Source: Bdellovibrionota bacterium (lineage in GTDB: Bacteria > Bdellovibrionota > UBA1018 > CAIPTA01 > JAALKR01). Taken from it: DNA of 64,000 nucleotides. Positions 1 through 9,278 of the stretch are shown in pieces (within the stretch, counting starts at the first letter, position 1; every line of letters starts with the position of its first letter). The DNA lies in the NCBI GenBank assembly GCA_965207455.1, contig CBDBMJ010000001.1, positions 288,001 through 352,000 of the forward strand, given 5' to 3'. The notes beneath the pieces were generated by a model. It was not told where the DNA came from. It was given only the letters and a program-made list of their open reading frames with translations, and searched no databases. Both the position numbers and the translations under genes were made by a program.

Positions 1-1034
1 ACAATATCCTTCTTAATATCGTTTTCCCGGATAATATCAGCAACATCTGTCAGAATAGGCTCTCTATATTCTTTCTTCATGCCCTTCAGCTTGGCTGCGA
101 TAATGAACTTGGCTTTTTTCTTTTCTAAATTCTCTAGGTTAGCACTGGTAAACATAGCTCTATCTGCCACAATAAATGTATTGGATATTTCGTACTGTTC
201 TTCTGTTTCTTCAATTACCTTCATGAGTGTATGCCCTTCGTATGTATTCCCAGGGAATAGCTTGTAACCAACAGGAAGACCCTCTGTTGTAGTCATCAGA
301 GCTAAAACTACTTGTGTCTCCTTCACTTTATTGTCCTTACTAAAGCCAGACACTCTAAGCTCATCTGGTTGGAAGCTCTCAAAATATAATGTGGTTACAT
401 CAAAAAAAAGCAGATCAATGTCTGTCTTGAGCAATTTCTTTGTAGAATCACAAATTTTCTCTCTAATTCTTTCCTCATTCTTATAGACTTTATCCATCAT
501 TCGATAGACCTTATCCAGATCCATAGGAATATTTTTATCTCTCTCTATTAACTCCACGCTCTTTCTTTTACTGGATGGTGCATTTATACGAGATAAAACA
601 ATCTCCTTGAGTATACGATTGCTATCGTTCTTTTTGTAGCCAGTCTCTATGGGGTCAAGTAAAAATAAATTATCGTAAATAGACCCAAATATATCTTTCA
701 CCCCAATGTGTAGTCGCTGCTCCTCACGCAAACCAGATATTGATACCGCATCTTTACTTCCATTATTATCCTTATTGCTTTCTTCTTTTTTTACTCGTTT
801 TTTGGGAGCATGGGTATACTCAAAGCCAGGAAAGGTTGGATTTATTCTGTTTTTCTTCTCGATGATTATCTTTTCTGCCAACTCTTTTTGAAAATCTATC
901 TCTTTGGTGTCATCCTTGTCAAACTGACCCATATGAAGAATGACTTTTTGCTTAACTTTATCTCCAAATCTATTATTTTCGACAATCTGGATTGAAACAC
1001 GATTATTATTTCTTTTCACTAAACGAACAAACAT
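1..1034 (-). CDS. IS1634-family DDE transposase (3' partial, runs off the window; absent from the ORF track)
   Basis: Manual minus-strand translation gives MFVRLVKRNNNRVSIQIVENNRFGDKVKQKVILHMG...LREEQRLHIGVKDIFGSIY...LFFDVTTLYFES...GFSKDNK...QVVLALMTTTEGLPVGYKLFPGNTYEGHT, typical IS1634 motifs. Confidence 0.9.
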   Translation of the reverse strand, partial: MFVRLVKRNNNRVSIQIVENNRFGDKVKQKVILHMGQFDKDDTKEIDFQKELAEKIIIEKKNRINPTFPGFEYTHAPKKRVKKEESNKDNNGSKDAVSISGLREEQRLHIGVKDIFGSIYDNLFLLDPIETGYKKNDSNRILKEIVLSRINAPSSKRKSVELIERDKNIPMDLDKVYRMMDKVYKNEERIREKICDSTKKLLKTDIDLLFFDVTTLYFESFQPDELRVSGFSKDNKVKETQVVLALMTTTEGLPVGYKLFPGNTYEGHTLMKVIEETEEQYEISNTFIVADRAMFTSANLENLEKKKAKFIIAAKLKGMKKEYREPILTDVADIIRENDIKKDI

Positions 1035-1194
1035 GCACATAGAATCTATCAAAAATAGACGACAGTCAACAAGAAATAAAGGGGAGGATGTCACTACATT
1101 TTAACTTCAAAATAGAAAAACTGTAAGTGATCGAAATAAAAAGATTTTTTTTTAAAAGAGTATAAAAATTTTAACTCAATTTGCGGAAGTCGGG
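1..1194 (-). mobile_element. IS1634-family insertion sequence, left end plus 5' part (truncated by the window start)
   Basis: Contains a DDE transposase ORF. The probable terminal inverted repeat reads CCCGACTTCCGCAAATTGAG on the minus strand from 1194. The other end lies outside the window, so the TIR cannot be confirmed. Confidence 0.8.
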
Positions 1195-1256
1195 AGAAGG
1201 GAAAGCCTAAGCGATGCATCCATTAGCGTGGATTTAGTGAATGTCAAAGCAGAGTT

Positions 1257-2327
1257 CTAGCGTAGCCCTTGAATCCATTGGGAGGTAAAGGAGGCTAGGT
1301 GGTGGGGGTTGGCTTGGATGCTCTCTATATGTCCCATGTTTCGTAGTACATGCATATGGATTTTTCCCGTTTTCATTTTTTTGTCGGCACGTAGAAGGGC
1401 AGTTATTTGTCCTGTGTTCATTCCTTTTAAATAGTGGGGTGGTGGCATCCCCAGTGTCTCCAGTGATTGTTGTATCTGTTGAGTAAAGGGATTGTCGCCG
1501 CATAAAAAAGTACTTTCTGCCCACATGCCCCAGGCAATGGCCTCACCGTGAGTGGCCTGTCCCTTTGCAAAGGACTCAAAGGCATGGCCCAAGGTATGCC
1601 CATAATTTAAAATAGCTCGCCTGCCGTTGGTGTCCAGAGGATCTTTTTCCACGATCTCTATTTTGCTTTGTATGCCAAGAATAATTTCTTTCCATTGGGA
1701 TTGGCTTAACTCTCCTCCCATAATCCAATTGCGCCAGTCCTGGAGATTTCCCTGCTTTCCTTTTAGCCACAATATTTTCAAGAGCTCTCCCAAGCCGCTT
1801 AATCGCTCCTTACGGGGAAGACTCGCAAGCCAACCAGGCCAGTACCAAACTTCTTGGGCAGGATAGAAGGAACCTAAAACATTTTTCAACATGCCTCCCT
1901 TGCTCTCCATATTGATAGCAGTTTTGCCGCCGATGGAAGCGTCCACCATTCCTAGAAGGGTGGTGGGTAGGAGAAAGAGGGGGCAGCCTCGTCGGTACAG
2001 GGATGCGGCTAGGGCAGCCACGTCGCAGGCAGCGCCTCCCCCCACCACCACAAGGGGGGATTGCCTATCCTTATTTTTTTCCACTAAAAATGTAATGATA
2101 CGATTCACAGTGGACCAGGTTTTTGCCTCTTCACCCGCTGGCAGTAGGAGTAATTGCTCTTTGGGAATAGCAAATTTATGTTCCCATGCTTTTTTCAATC
2201 CAGAGTCTATGGCAATAAGGGCTTTACTTTTATGAGCTAATGCATATAGGTCCAGAAAAATAGCCGAATCTTGGTCGTAAAAATGTAGCTTTGTGGAATG
2301 GGTCTGAGGCGCAAAGCGGAGTTCCAT
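1257..2327 (-). CDS. aroB: 3-dehydroquinate synthase
   Basis: Motifs GEEAKT, GGGAACD, PTTLLGMVDASIGGKT, RAILNYGHTLGHAFE and DKK. The start overlaps the speA stop (TAATG). Confidence 0.95.
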   Translation of the reverse strand: MELRFAPQTHSTKLHFYDQDSAIFLDLYALAHKSKALIAIDSGLKKAWEHKFAIPKEQLLLLPAGEEAKTWSTVNRIITFLVEKNKDRQSPLVVVGGGAACDVAALAASLYRRGCPLFLLPTTLLGMVDASIGGKTAINMESKGGMLKNVLGSFYPAQEVWYWPGWLASLPRKERLSGLGELLKILWLKGKQGNLQDWRNWIMGGELSQSQWKEIILGIQSKIEIVEKDPLDTNGRRAILNYGHTLGHAFESFAKGQATHGEAIAWGMWAESTFLCGDNPFTQQIQQSLETLGMPPPHYLKGMNTGQITALLRADKKMKTGKIHMHVLRNMGHIESIQANPHHLASFTSQWIQGLR

Positions 2328-4234
2328 TACTCATCACTCTCAAGGTAGGTATAACCCTCTAAACCCTCTTCATACTGCTGGAGTAGTTTTCTACCCTCTT
2401 GGATAGAGATGGTTTTTCCCCGTAAGGCTTGCTCCACAGCTAGGCGCATTCGCTCCACCAGTACGGGTTTGTTATAGTCCACATACTCGAGCACCCGGGT
2501 TACGGAATCTCCTTGCCTGTAGTGCTCAACGGTATAGTCGTCGTTTCCCTGTATGGAAACATGTACGGAGTCCGTATCTCCAAAAAGGTTGTGCATGTCT
2601 CCGAGTATTTCTTGGTAGGCACCCAAAAGGAATATGCCCAAATAATAATCTTTTTGAGGCTCCAGATGATGAACCTCTAGGGAACGTTTCACATCCTTTA
2701 TGTCAATGAAGTGATCCATTTGACCGTCGGAATCACAAGTGAGATCCATGAGGGACACCCGGTTGGTGGGTTCTGTAGCTAATCGGTGAATGGGGAGAAC
2801 AGGGAATAACTGCTTTACTGCCCAGTGGTCTGGGGCACTCTGGAAAACAGAGAAATTACAAAAATAGGAATTTTGTAGCATACTATCTATGGACTCCAAT
2901 TCTTCGGGAAGCTCCACTTCTGTTTCGTGGGCCAGTCGTCGGATTTTGTCCATGGTTTGCCAAAAAATAGTGTCCACCTTAGCCCTAGTTTTTAAATTTA
3001 AATAACCCAGTCGAAATAGATTAAATGCCTCCTCCTTGATCTGTAGAGCATCGTGGTAGCGCTCCACTTTATTTTTCGAATTTGTTTTTATGAGAGTGTC
3101 GTGCATTTCCTGAACAACCTCGTTGTCGCCTTCTTTGGGTGTGGGAGTGGGTCCACTTTTTACAATTTTATTCTCACCCAGTACATCAAAAATCATCACA
3201 CAGTGATGGGCCACAAGAGATCGTCCAGACTCCGTTACAATAGCCGGGTGGGGGAGATCCTTTTCGTCGCAGATAGCCTGGATCGTACTTACCACATCGT
3301 TTGCATACTCTTGGTCGGAATAATTTAGGGAGTTCTCTGAGTTTGTTTTGGAACCGTCGTAATCCACAGCTAGTCCACCACCCACGTCTAAAAAACGGAG
3401 CTTTGCTCCCATGGCACAAACCTCGGCGTAAATTCTGCAAGCCTCATCCAAGGCCGCCTTTATGGGACGAATGGAAGTTACCTGACTCCCCAGATGGAAA
3501 TGCAATAACTCCAAAGCATGAAGTAGACTCTCTTTTTCCAGCAGCTCGATCCCCTTTACAATTTCAGCATTCGTCAAACCAAACTTGGAATGGGTGCCAC
3601 TGGATTTCAACCATTTTCCAGCACCCTTTCCCTCTAGTTTCGACCGAAAACCAATGCGGGGCTGGATGCCCAGCTTTTTAGACTCCCCAATAATGAGCTC
3701 CAACTCATGGAAACGGTCCACCACAATAATCACATTTCGACCAATGCGTGTGGTAAGAAGAGCCGTCTCAATATACTCCCGATCCTTAAATCCGTTACAA
3801 ATGAGAAGGGCCTTTGGATTTTCTAAATAAGCCAGTGCCACCAGTAACTCCGGTTTCGACCCCGCCTCTAACCCCAGGTTCGTGGCCTTTCCAAAAGCAA
3901 GGATATCCTCTAGGAGCCTGCACTGCTGGTTTACTTTTATGGGATACACACCTCGATAATCTCCCTTATAACTATAGGTCTTAAAAGCGTTCTGGAAACA
4001 AGTGCTCATGGACTGAATGCGGGAGGAGACAATATCCGGGAAGCGTATCCAAATGGGCAAGCGAAAGCCCCGGTCCCTAAGATCCCGTACCAGAAGGTTT
4101 AAATCCAGAGCTGGACCACTGCTCCCCCTTGGCGTTACACAAACGTTGCCTTTGGAGTTGATAGTAAAGAACCCTCGCCCCCATTCATTGACGTTGTATA
4201 AAGTAAGACTTTTTTGAATATTCCACTTTTCCAT
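2327..4234 (-). CDS. speA: Biosynthetic arginine decarboxylase
   Basis: Motifs YPIKVNQ (PLP lysine), GLEAGSKPE, HFHLGSQ, DVGGGLAVDYDG, TCDSDG and GAYQEILGDMHNLFG. Start moved to ATG 4234 (MEKWNIQKS) to avoid overlap with speB. Confidence 0.96.
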   Translation of the reverse strand: MEKWNIQKSLTLYNVNEWGRGFFTINSKGNVCVTPRGSSGPALDLNLLVRDLRDRGFRLPIWIRFPDIVSSRIQSMSTCFQNAFKTYSYKGDYRGVYPIKVNQQCRLLEDILAFGKATNLGLEAGSKPELLVALAYLENPKALLICNGFKDREYIETALLTTRIGRNVIIVVDRFHELELIIGESKKLGIQPRIGFRSKLEGKGAGKWLKSSGTHSKFGLTNAEIVKGIELLEKESLLHALELLHFHLGSQVTSIRPIKAALDEACRIYAEVCAMGAKLRFLDVGGGLAVDYDGSKTNSENSLNYSDQEYANDVVSTIQAICDEKDLPHPAIVTESGRSLVAHHCVMIFDVLGENKIVKSGPTPTPKEGDNEVVQEMHDTLIKTNSKNKVERYHDALQIKEEAFNLFRLGYLNLKTRAKVDTIFWQTMDKIRRLAHETEVELPEELESIDSMLQNSYFCNFSVFQSAPDHWAVKQLFPVLPIHRLATEPTNRVSLMDLTCDSDGQMDHFIDIKDVKRSLEVHHLEPQKDYYLGIFLLGAYQEILGDMHNLFGDTDSVHVSIQGNDDYTVEHYRQGDSVTRVLEYVDYNKPVLVERMRLAVEQALRGKTISIQEGRKLLQQYEEGLEGYTYLESDE

Positions 4235-4285
4235 ATTCCGCTTTCCCATAATTCCCATAAATTGCTTTTCATTTCTTATGCTACG

Positions 4286-5167
4286 ATGGAATTTATGATT
4301 CAACATTTTTTTCATCAAAAGTCCATTCCTTTATCTGAGGCTAACTTTATAGTGGCTCCCATTCCCTATGAAGGGGGGATATCCTATCTTCCAGGAGCGG
4401 TACAGGGGCCACAGGCTATTTTAAATGCCAGTGAGCAGTTGGAGTCCTATGACATTGGGGAGCAGGTGGAGCTTGCCTATTCCAAAATCCATACCCTTCC
4501 GATGCCATCAGTTTTTCCCCACTACCGGGCCATGCATAATTTTGTTACGGAATGTGTGGATGCCTTGGACCTATCAAAACAATTTTACTTGGGCATTGGA
4601 GGGGATCACTGTGTGACGATTCCTGCTGTAGAGGCCTTCCATACTCACTCGGACCTGGGAATCATTCAAATTGACGCCCATGCGGACCTACGGGACTCCT
4701 ATAACGACGATCCTTATAGCCATGCCTGCATTATGCGGAGAATTGTGCAGAGCATAGACCCTAAAAAAGTTTTGAGTATTGGGGTTCGTGCCATTTGTCG
4801 GGAGGAGCATGAATTTATGAAAAAACACAAGATGCCATGCATTTACGGGAATCGTCCTCTCCATGAAGATATTCTGTCGGATTTGAATGAAAAGTTAGGA
4901 AAGTTGCCACAAAATGTTTTTATCACCATAGATTTGGACGGTTTGGACCCCACAGTGATGCCTCATGTGGGTACGCCCGTTCCAGGAGGGCTTTCTTGGC
5001 ACCAGACTTTAGGAATTATTCGTCGCATTTTTGAGCGGAAAGCCGTGGTTGGGGCCGATGTGGTGGAAATTGCCTCTGGAAATGGGACTGAGCGTTCCGA
5101 CTTTCTGGCCGCAGTACTGTGTCAAAAAATCTTGTTCCATGCCCAACAAGCAATTATTTCTGCTTAA
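4286..5167 (+). CDS. speB: Agmatinase (ureohydrolase family)
   Basis: Mn-binding motifs GGDHC, DAHAD, SHAC and DLDGLDP, plus GTPVPGG. Divergent from speA. Start is 4286 or 4295. Confidence 0.92.
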   Translation: MEFMIQHFFHQKSIPLSEANFIVAPIPYEGGISYLPGAVQGPQAILNASEQLESYDIGEQVELAYSKIHTLPMPSVFPHYRAMHNFVTECVDALDLSKQFYLGIGGDHCVTIPAVEAFHTHSDLGIIQIDAHADLRDSYNDDPYSHACIMRRIVQSIDPKKVLSIGVRAICREEHEFMKKHKMPCIYGNRPLHEDILSDLNEKLGKLPQNVFITIDLDGLDPTVMPHVGTPVPGGLSWHQTLGIIRRIFERKAVVGADVVEIASGNGTERSDFLAAVLCQKILFHAQQAIISA

Positions 5168-5247
5168 TTTCAATATTCTAGCTGCATTTTTTCCTAATCA
5201 GGGGCAAACTAATACTGGTAACGTTAAATATTAAGGAGACTATAATT

Positions 5248-5436
5248 ATGAGCGATGTTCTAATTGTCACCTCTAAGGTGAAAACTCTAATTAAGACAGC
5301 ACATTCCATGAATACAAGTGGGTCTGTGGCAGAGGCACTTTCTGATCGTGTGCGACAGCTTTGCGAGCAAGCAGCAGAAGCAGCCAAAGCCGACGGACGC
5401 AAAACAATTATGGATAGAGATATTCCCTCTATTTAA
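5248..5436 (+). CDS. Bacterial histone, singlet histone-fold protein (Bd0055/HBb-like)
   Basis: 62 aa with VLIVTSKVK..IK, MNTS and AKADGRKTIMDRDI (histone-fold L2 R-K-T-x4-D signature). Strong RBS AAGGAG. Closely resembles my recollection of Bdellovibrio Bd0055. Confidence 0.9.
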   Translation: MSDVLIVTSKVKTLIKTAHSMNTSGSVAEALSDRVRQLCEQAAEAAKADGRKTIMDRDIPSI

Positions 5437-5508
5437 TTTTCAGTAAGGCTGTATAGGGATGGGACTGTCAGGGGTGGATTGTAAGGGGTGGAACTATAGT
5501 GTAAGCGA

Positions 5509-6069
5509 CTATAATGCCACCACGTCAGTCACTTCGGGAATTTCTTTTTGCAAGCGCACCTCTATGCCTTGTTTCAAGGTAGCTGTGGAGCTAGGGCAAC
5601 CAGCGCAAGAGCCTTGCATATAGAGATACACAACACCGTCCTCAAAGCGTTCAAAAATGATATCTCCTCCATCCATGGCAACGGCAGGGCGTATTTCTTC
5701 ATCGATGATCCGTTGAATTTTCCCCTCCACAGTACCTTTTTGCGGTTGAGAGGGTTTTTCCTCTAAGGAGAGAGGGTTGACAGCAGGTTTTCCGGATTGG
5801 ATATACTCCTGAATAACAGACTGTACACTGTCATCGAGTTGCTCCCAGTTTCCCTCGGGTGCTTTGGTGATGGTGACATAATTGCGTCCAATGAGGCAGG
5901 CGCTCACGCCCAAGATATTCATCAGCAGTGTGGCCAGGGGGGAAGCCTTTTGTGCTTTCTCCGTATCTGTAAAATTGGCAGAACCTCGTTCTAAAAATAT
6001 ATGCTCGTCCACTACATACTTTAGTGTATTGGGGTTGGGGGTAAACTCTAGTTGAATGTCTTTTTCCAT
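5509..6069 (-). CDS. NifU/Nfu-family Fe-S cluster carrier (Nfu_N + NifU-C)
   Basis: N-terminal TPNPNTLK; C-terminal IRPAVAMDGGDI and GSCAGCPSS (CxxC). Confidence 0.93.
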   Translation of the reverse strand: MEKDIQLEFTPNPNTLKYVVDEHIFLERGSANFTDTEKAQKASPLATLLMNILGVSACLIGRNYVTITKAPEGNWEQLDDSVQSVIQEYIQSGKPAVNPLSLEEKPSQPQKGTVEGKIQRIIDEEIRPAVAMDGGDIIFERFEDGVVYLYMQGSCAGCPSSTATLKQGIEVRLQKEIPEVTDVVAL

Positions 6070-6173
6070 GTAGCCTCCTTTTATCTGTAATTTATACTTT
6101 ACAAAAGGTTTAAAGCAAGGAAAAATAGTATATTGAACCTAGAAATTTTTACTAGGGTAACAAGGAGGTTGCC

Positions 6174-7593
6174 ATGATATCCCGTATTTCACTTTTCGCT
6201 CTATGTTTTGTTTTCCTTCTTTCCTGTACTAAGGGTAGCAGAGACTTGGCCTCGATCTTTGAAGAAGGTAGGGTTTTCGAGATTCCCAATGGATTAATGG
6301 TTCATGAGTATACACTGAAAAGTAATGGTCTTCGTGTTCTATTGGTGCCCAATGATAGAGCACCTGTATTTAGCTATGCAATTAATGTGGATGTGGGATC
6401 CACGGATGAAGCCATGCATTCGGAATCTGGACGCACAGGGCTTGCCCATTTTTTTGAGCACATGATGTTTCGAGGAACAAAGACGTATCCTGATTTTCCT
6501 AGTATTGGAATTCAAAATGGAGCTGTGGGCGTGAATGCATACACGAGCAAAGATAATACAGTGTATATTGGATCCTTGCCCAAGGAGAAACTGGAATTTA
6601 TTTTATCTATGGAGGTCGATCGCTTCCAAAATCTTCCTATCCCTAAAAAAAAAATTTGATATAGAGGTACTTTCTGTAATTTCAGAAAGAGAGAGAGGTC
6701 TGCAGAAACCATATAGCGTTATTGTGACTAAACTCAATAGTCTTTTGTGTTCGGAAAAAAATCCTTATTCTCGGTCAATTATTGGTACGGAAGAGGGTTT
6801 GAATTCGTTTACCGTAGAAGATGCGAATAAATTTTATCGCACCTATTACGTTCCTAATAACATGTCCATTGCAATAGTTGGAGACATTAAGTTACACGAA
6901 ACCCTTGGACTCGTGGCAAAACATTTTGGTGCCATGGAAAGAGGAGATTTGCCTGAAAGAAGCGAGTTCTTTGAGAAAAAACAAAAGAAAAAACGAGAGG
7001 AAACTATTACTCATCGTGGTTTGATTTCTCCTCAATTAGCAGTGGCTTATAAGGTAGTGCCACAAAAACATGAAGATACTCCAGATTTAATGTTGCTTAT
7101 TTCTCTTTTAACTTGGGGAAAGAGTTCTTTGTTAGAGCAAGATCTAGTAGAAAAAGGATTAGTGAGTTCAGTTCAAGGAGAGGCTATCTTTTACGAAAAT
7201 TTTGGGAAGCTTATGATTTATGTAGATTTTCTTTCAACAACTAAGAAGAGGGACGTTATTGCTGTCATTGGTAAAGCTTTTCAGAAGATAAAAGATGGAA
7301 ATATAGATCCATCACAATTTAGAGCAGCCAGAAACCTTCTTCTGCTCAAGCAATATTATCCTGTGATGGACGATAATCAAAAATTGACTAATGTACTTCT
7401 GGATGGTCTGCAACTAACTGGTAATCCACTGGATTTTTTTGAAGAAATGGAAAAAATAAAAAAATTGAAACTTAGCGATCTACAGAAATTGCTGCTTAAA
7501 TATATAAAGCTTGAAAATACTTCAATCGTCCTTGGTAAGCCTAAACCTAAGCCGGTCAAACACCCAGATAAAAAAGAAGAGAGGAAAAAATGA
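6174..7593 (+). pseudogene. M16B zinc peptidase, catalytic lipoprotein subunit, frameshifted at A10 (6645-6654)
   Basis: ORF 6174-6659 has an LLSC lipobox and HFFEH. The rest aligns with paralog 9279-10670 in another frame (ORF 6535-7593). Removing one A restores LPIPKKKFDIE (paralog LPIHEKLFKTE). Confidence 0.85.
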
Positions 7594-9092
7594 TGAAAAT
7601 TTTTAGTTTTATATACCTTCTATGCCTTACCCTTTGTGCTCCTGCATTGGCTGGAATGGAACTTGTGGATCGTAGTGAAGGGAAGGGAAATTTTATTTAT
7701 GAAAACTCCCCTCGTTCTTTTCTCAGCACTATTATGGTTGTCCTACCTATAGGTAGTATGAATGATACTAAGGGTAAGGAAGGATTAGCTAGTCTAAGTT
7801 TCAAATCCTTACTTCGTGGTACAAAGAAGTTGGATCGAAGAGCTTATATTTTTGCCACAGAAGAATTAGGTGCTGATATTTCTATGTATGTGGGCACTGA
7901 TAGGGTCATACTTAATTTAAGTGGGATTACTTCTAATTTGCAGAAATCGATTTCCTTATTGGGAGACGTTCTTTTGGACCGTTTTCTTCGGAAAAATCAA
8001 TTTGAAAATTTAAAAAAAGAAATAGTAGGTGCCTTAAATAATACTAAAAATAACTTACGTGCTATGACTGGACTTGCCTTTAGACGTGCTTTATTTTCGG
8101 GATCTGTACTTGCCCACCCTCCTGGAGGAACTATAAATGGATTAAACTCTATTACATATAAGGAGGCAAGTTCATTTTTGGATAAAAATATTACTCAGGA
8201 AAGAGCTTTATTTGCTGTGAGTTCTAGCGTTGAAAAGTCAACGGTTAAGAGTTGGATTCAAGAATCATTTGGGAAGATGAGTATAAAGGGTAATAAAATT
8301 GTTCGAGTAAATCCTCGTATACCTAAGCTATCTGGTCGCCATGTGGTTATCTTTCCTCAAAAAGAAGGAGGACTTACTGAGGTATATATGGGACATCCAT
8401 CTGTGCCGAGTGGATTTAAGAATGGAGTGGCTTTAAAAAGCATAGGAGCCTTTACTCTTGGAAAGGTTTTTTCGGGGAGACTATTTAAAGAGCTGCGTGT
8501 AAAAAAAGGTTGGACCTACGGAGCTTATGCTTCTTTTCGCTTGTTTGATCTGCCCCGTTATTATGGAAGCGTATTTCAAATATATACTTTCCCGAGCAAG
8601 ATAATTGAAGATAGGGAAGGTAGAAAGAAGCCTGTTACAGAAGAGGCTATTTTCAGGATTATAGAGTTATATGAAGACTACGTGAATAAAGGGATAACAG
8701 AGGAGGAAAAAAAATTTGCTGTGGATTTTAATCACAATGCCTATGGGTTTATTTTTGAAAAAGCAAGCACACGAATGGTAAAAAGAATATACCAAGCTTT
8801 AGAGGGTGAACCTTTTTTATCTATAAAGGAGTATCAATCTAAGCTTAGGAATATTGATGTAAGCAGTTTAAATTCCATGATTAAGACGGGCACCTACGTT
8901 GTTGGCAGTAAAGGCAATAAAGAAGATCGTAGAAGAATTCATGATCCTCTAAATATGGTTATAGCATTAGGGGGAGACCCCGAACTTTTATTGCCTATAG
9001 TTAGAAAAATTCCTGGCGTGAAGAGTATTAAAATTGTGACGGATCCTATTACTCCTCTTAAACCCACAGTTAAGTTCAGAGTGAGAAAATAA
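7590..9092 (+). CDS. M16B peptidase non-catalytic partner subunit (secreted)
   Basis: Signal peptide, GKEGLA, no HxxEH, and the RLFKELRVKKGWTYG R/Y motif. ATGA overlap with the upstream gene. Confidence 0.88.
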   Translation: MMKIFSFIYLLCLTLCAPALAGMELVDRSEGKGNFIYENSPRSFLSTIMVVLPIGSMNDTKGKEGLASLSFKSLLRGTKKLDRRAYIFATEELGADISMYVGTDRVILNLSGITSNLQKSISLLGDVLLDRFLRKNQFENLKKEIVGALNNTKNNLRAMTGLAFRRALFSGSVLAHPPGGTINGLNSITYKEASSFLDKNITQERALFAVSSSVEKSTVKSWIQESFGKMSIKGNKIVRVNPRIPKLSGRHVVIFPQKEGGLTEVYMGHPSVPSGFKNGVALKSIGAFTLGKVFSGRLFKELRVKKGWTYGAYASFRLFDLPRYYGSVFQIYTFPSKIIEDREGRKKPVTEEAIFRIIELYEDYVNKGITEEEKKFAVDFNHNAYGFIFEKASTRMVKRIYQALEGEPFLSIKEYQSKLRNIDVSSLNSMIKTGTYVVGSKGNKEDRRRIHDPLNMVIALGGDPELLLPIVRKIPGVKSIKIVTDPITPLKPTVKFRVRK

Positions 9093-9278
9093 AGAAATTC
9101 CATTACCCTCTTGAGTGAGATGCCTGTGCAGTTAAGGGTTTCCTTGTCTGTAAAGTTATTGGAGCGTTGCTTCAACACCCTTTCCCATACTTTTAGTGTG
9201 TTTTATACTTTACAAGACGTTTTGGGCAAGGTAGAACAGTGCATTGGGTTTAAAAAATATTCATTAAGGAGGCTGCCC

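Noticed and set aside
79..995. Short plus-strand ORFs 79-267, 706-891 and 810-995
   Set aside because: They are antisense shadows of the IS1634 transposase.
4214..4318. Apparent 105-bp head-to-head overlap of speA and speB
   Set aside because: This is an artefact of longest-ORF starts; the downstream ATGs at 4234 (-) and 4286/4295 (+) remove it.
5455..5492. G-tract cluster after the histone gene as a G-quadruplex
   Set aside because: The loops are long and similar G-rich spacers occur elsewhere (for example ~22130-22190). Strand bias or a C-rich Rho site on the minus strand explains it equally well.
9111..9278. N-terminal extension of the second M16 gene (and similar extensions of lpxK, aroK and protease copy 1)
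   Set aside because: RBS position, signal peptides and paralog alignment support the downstream starts.
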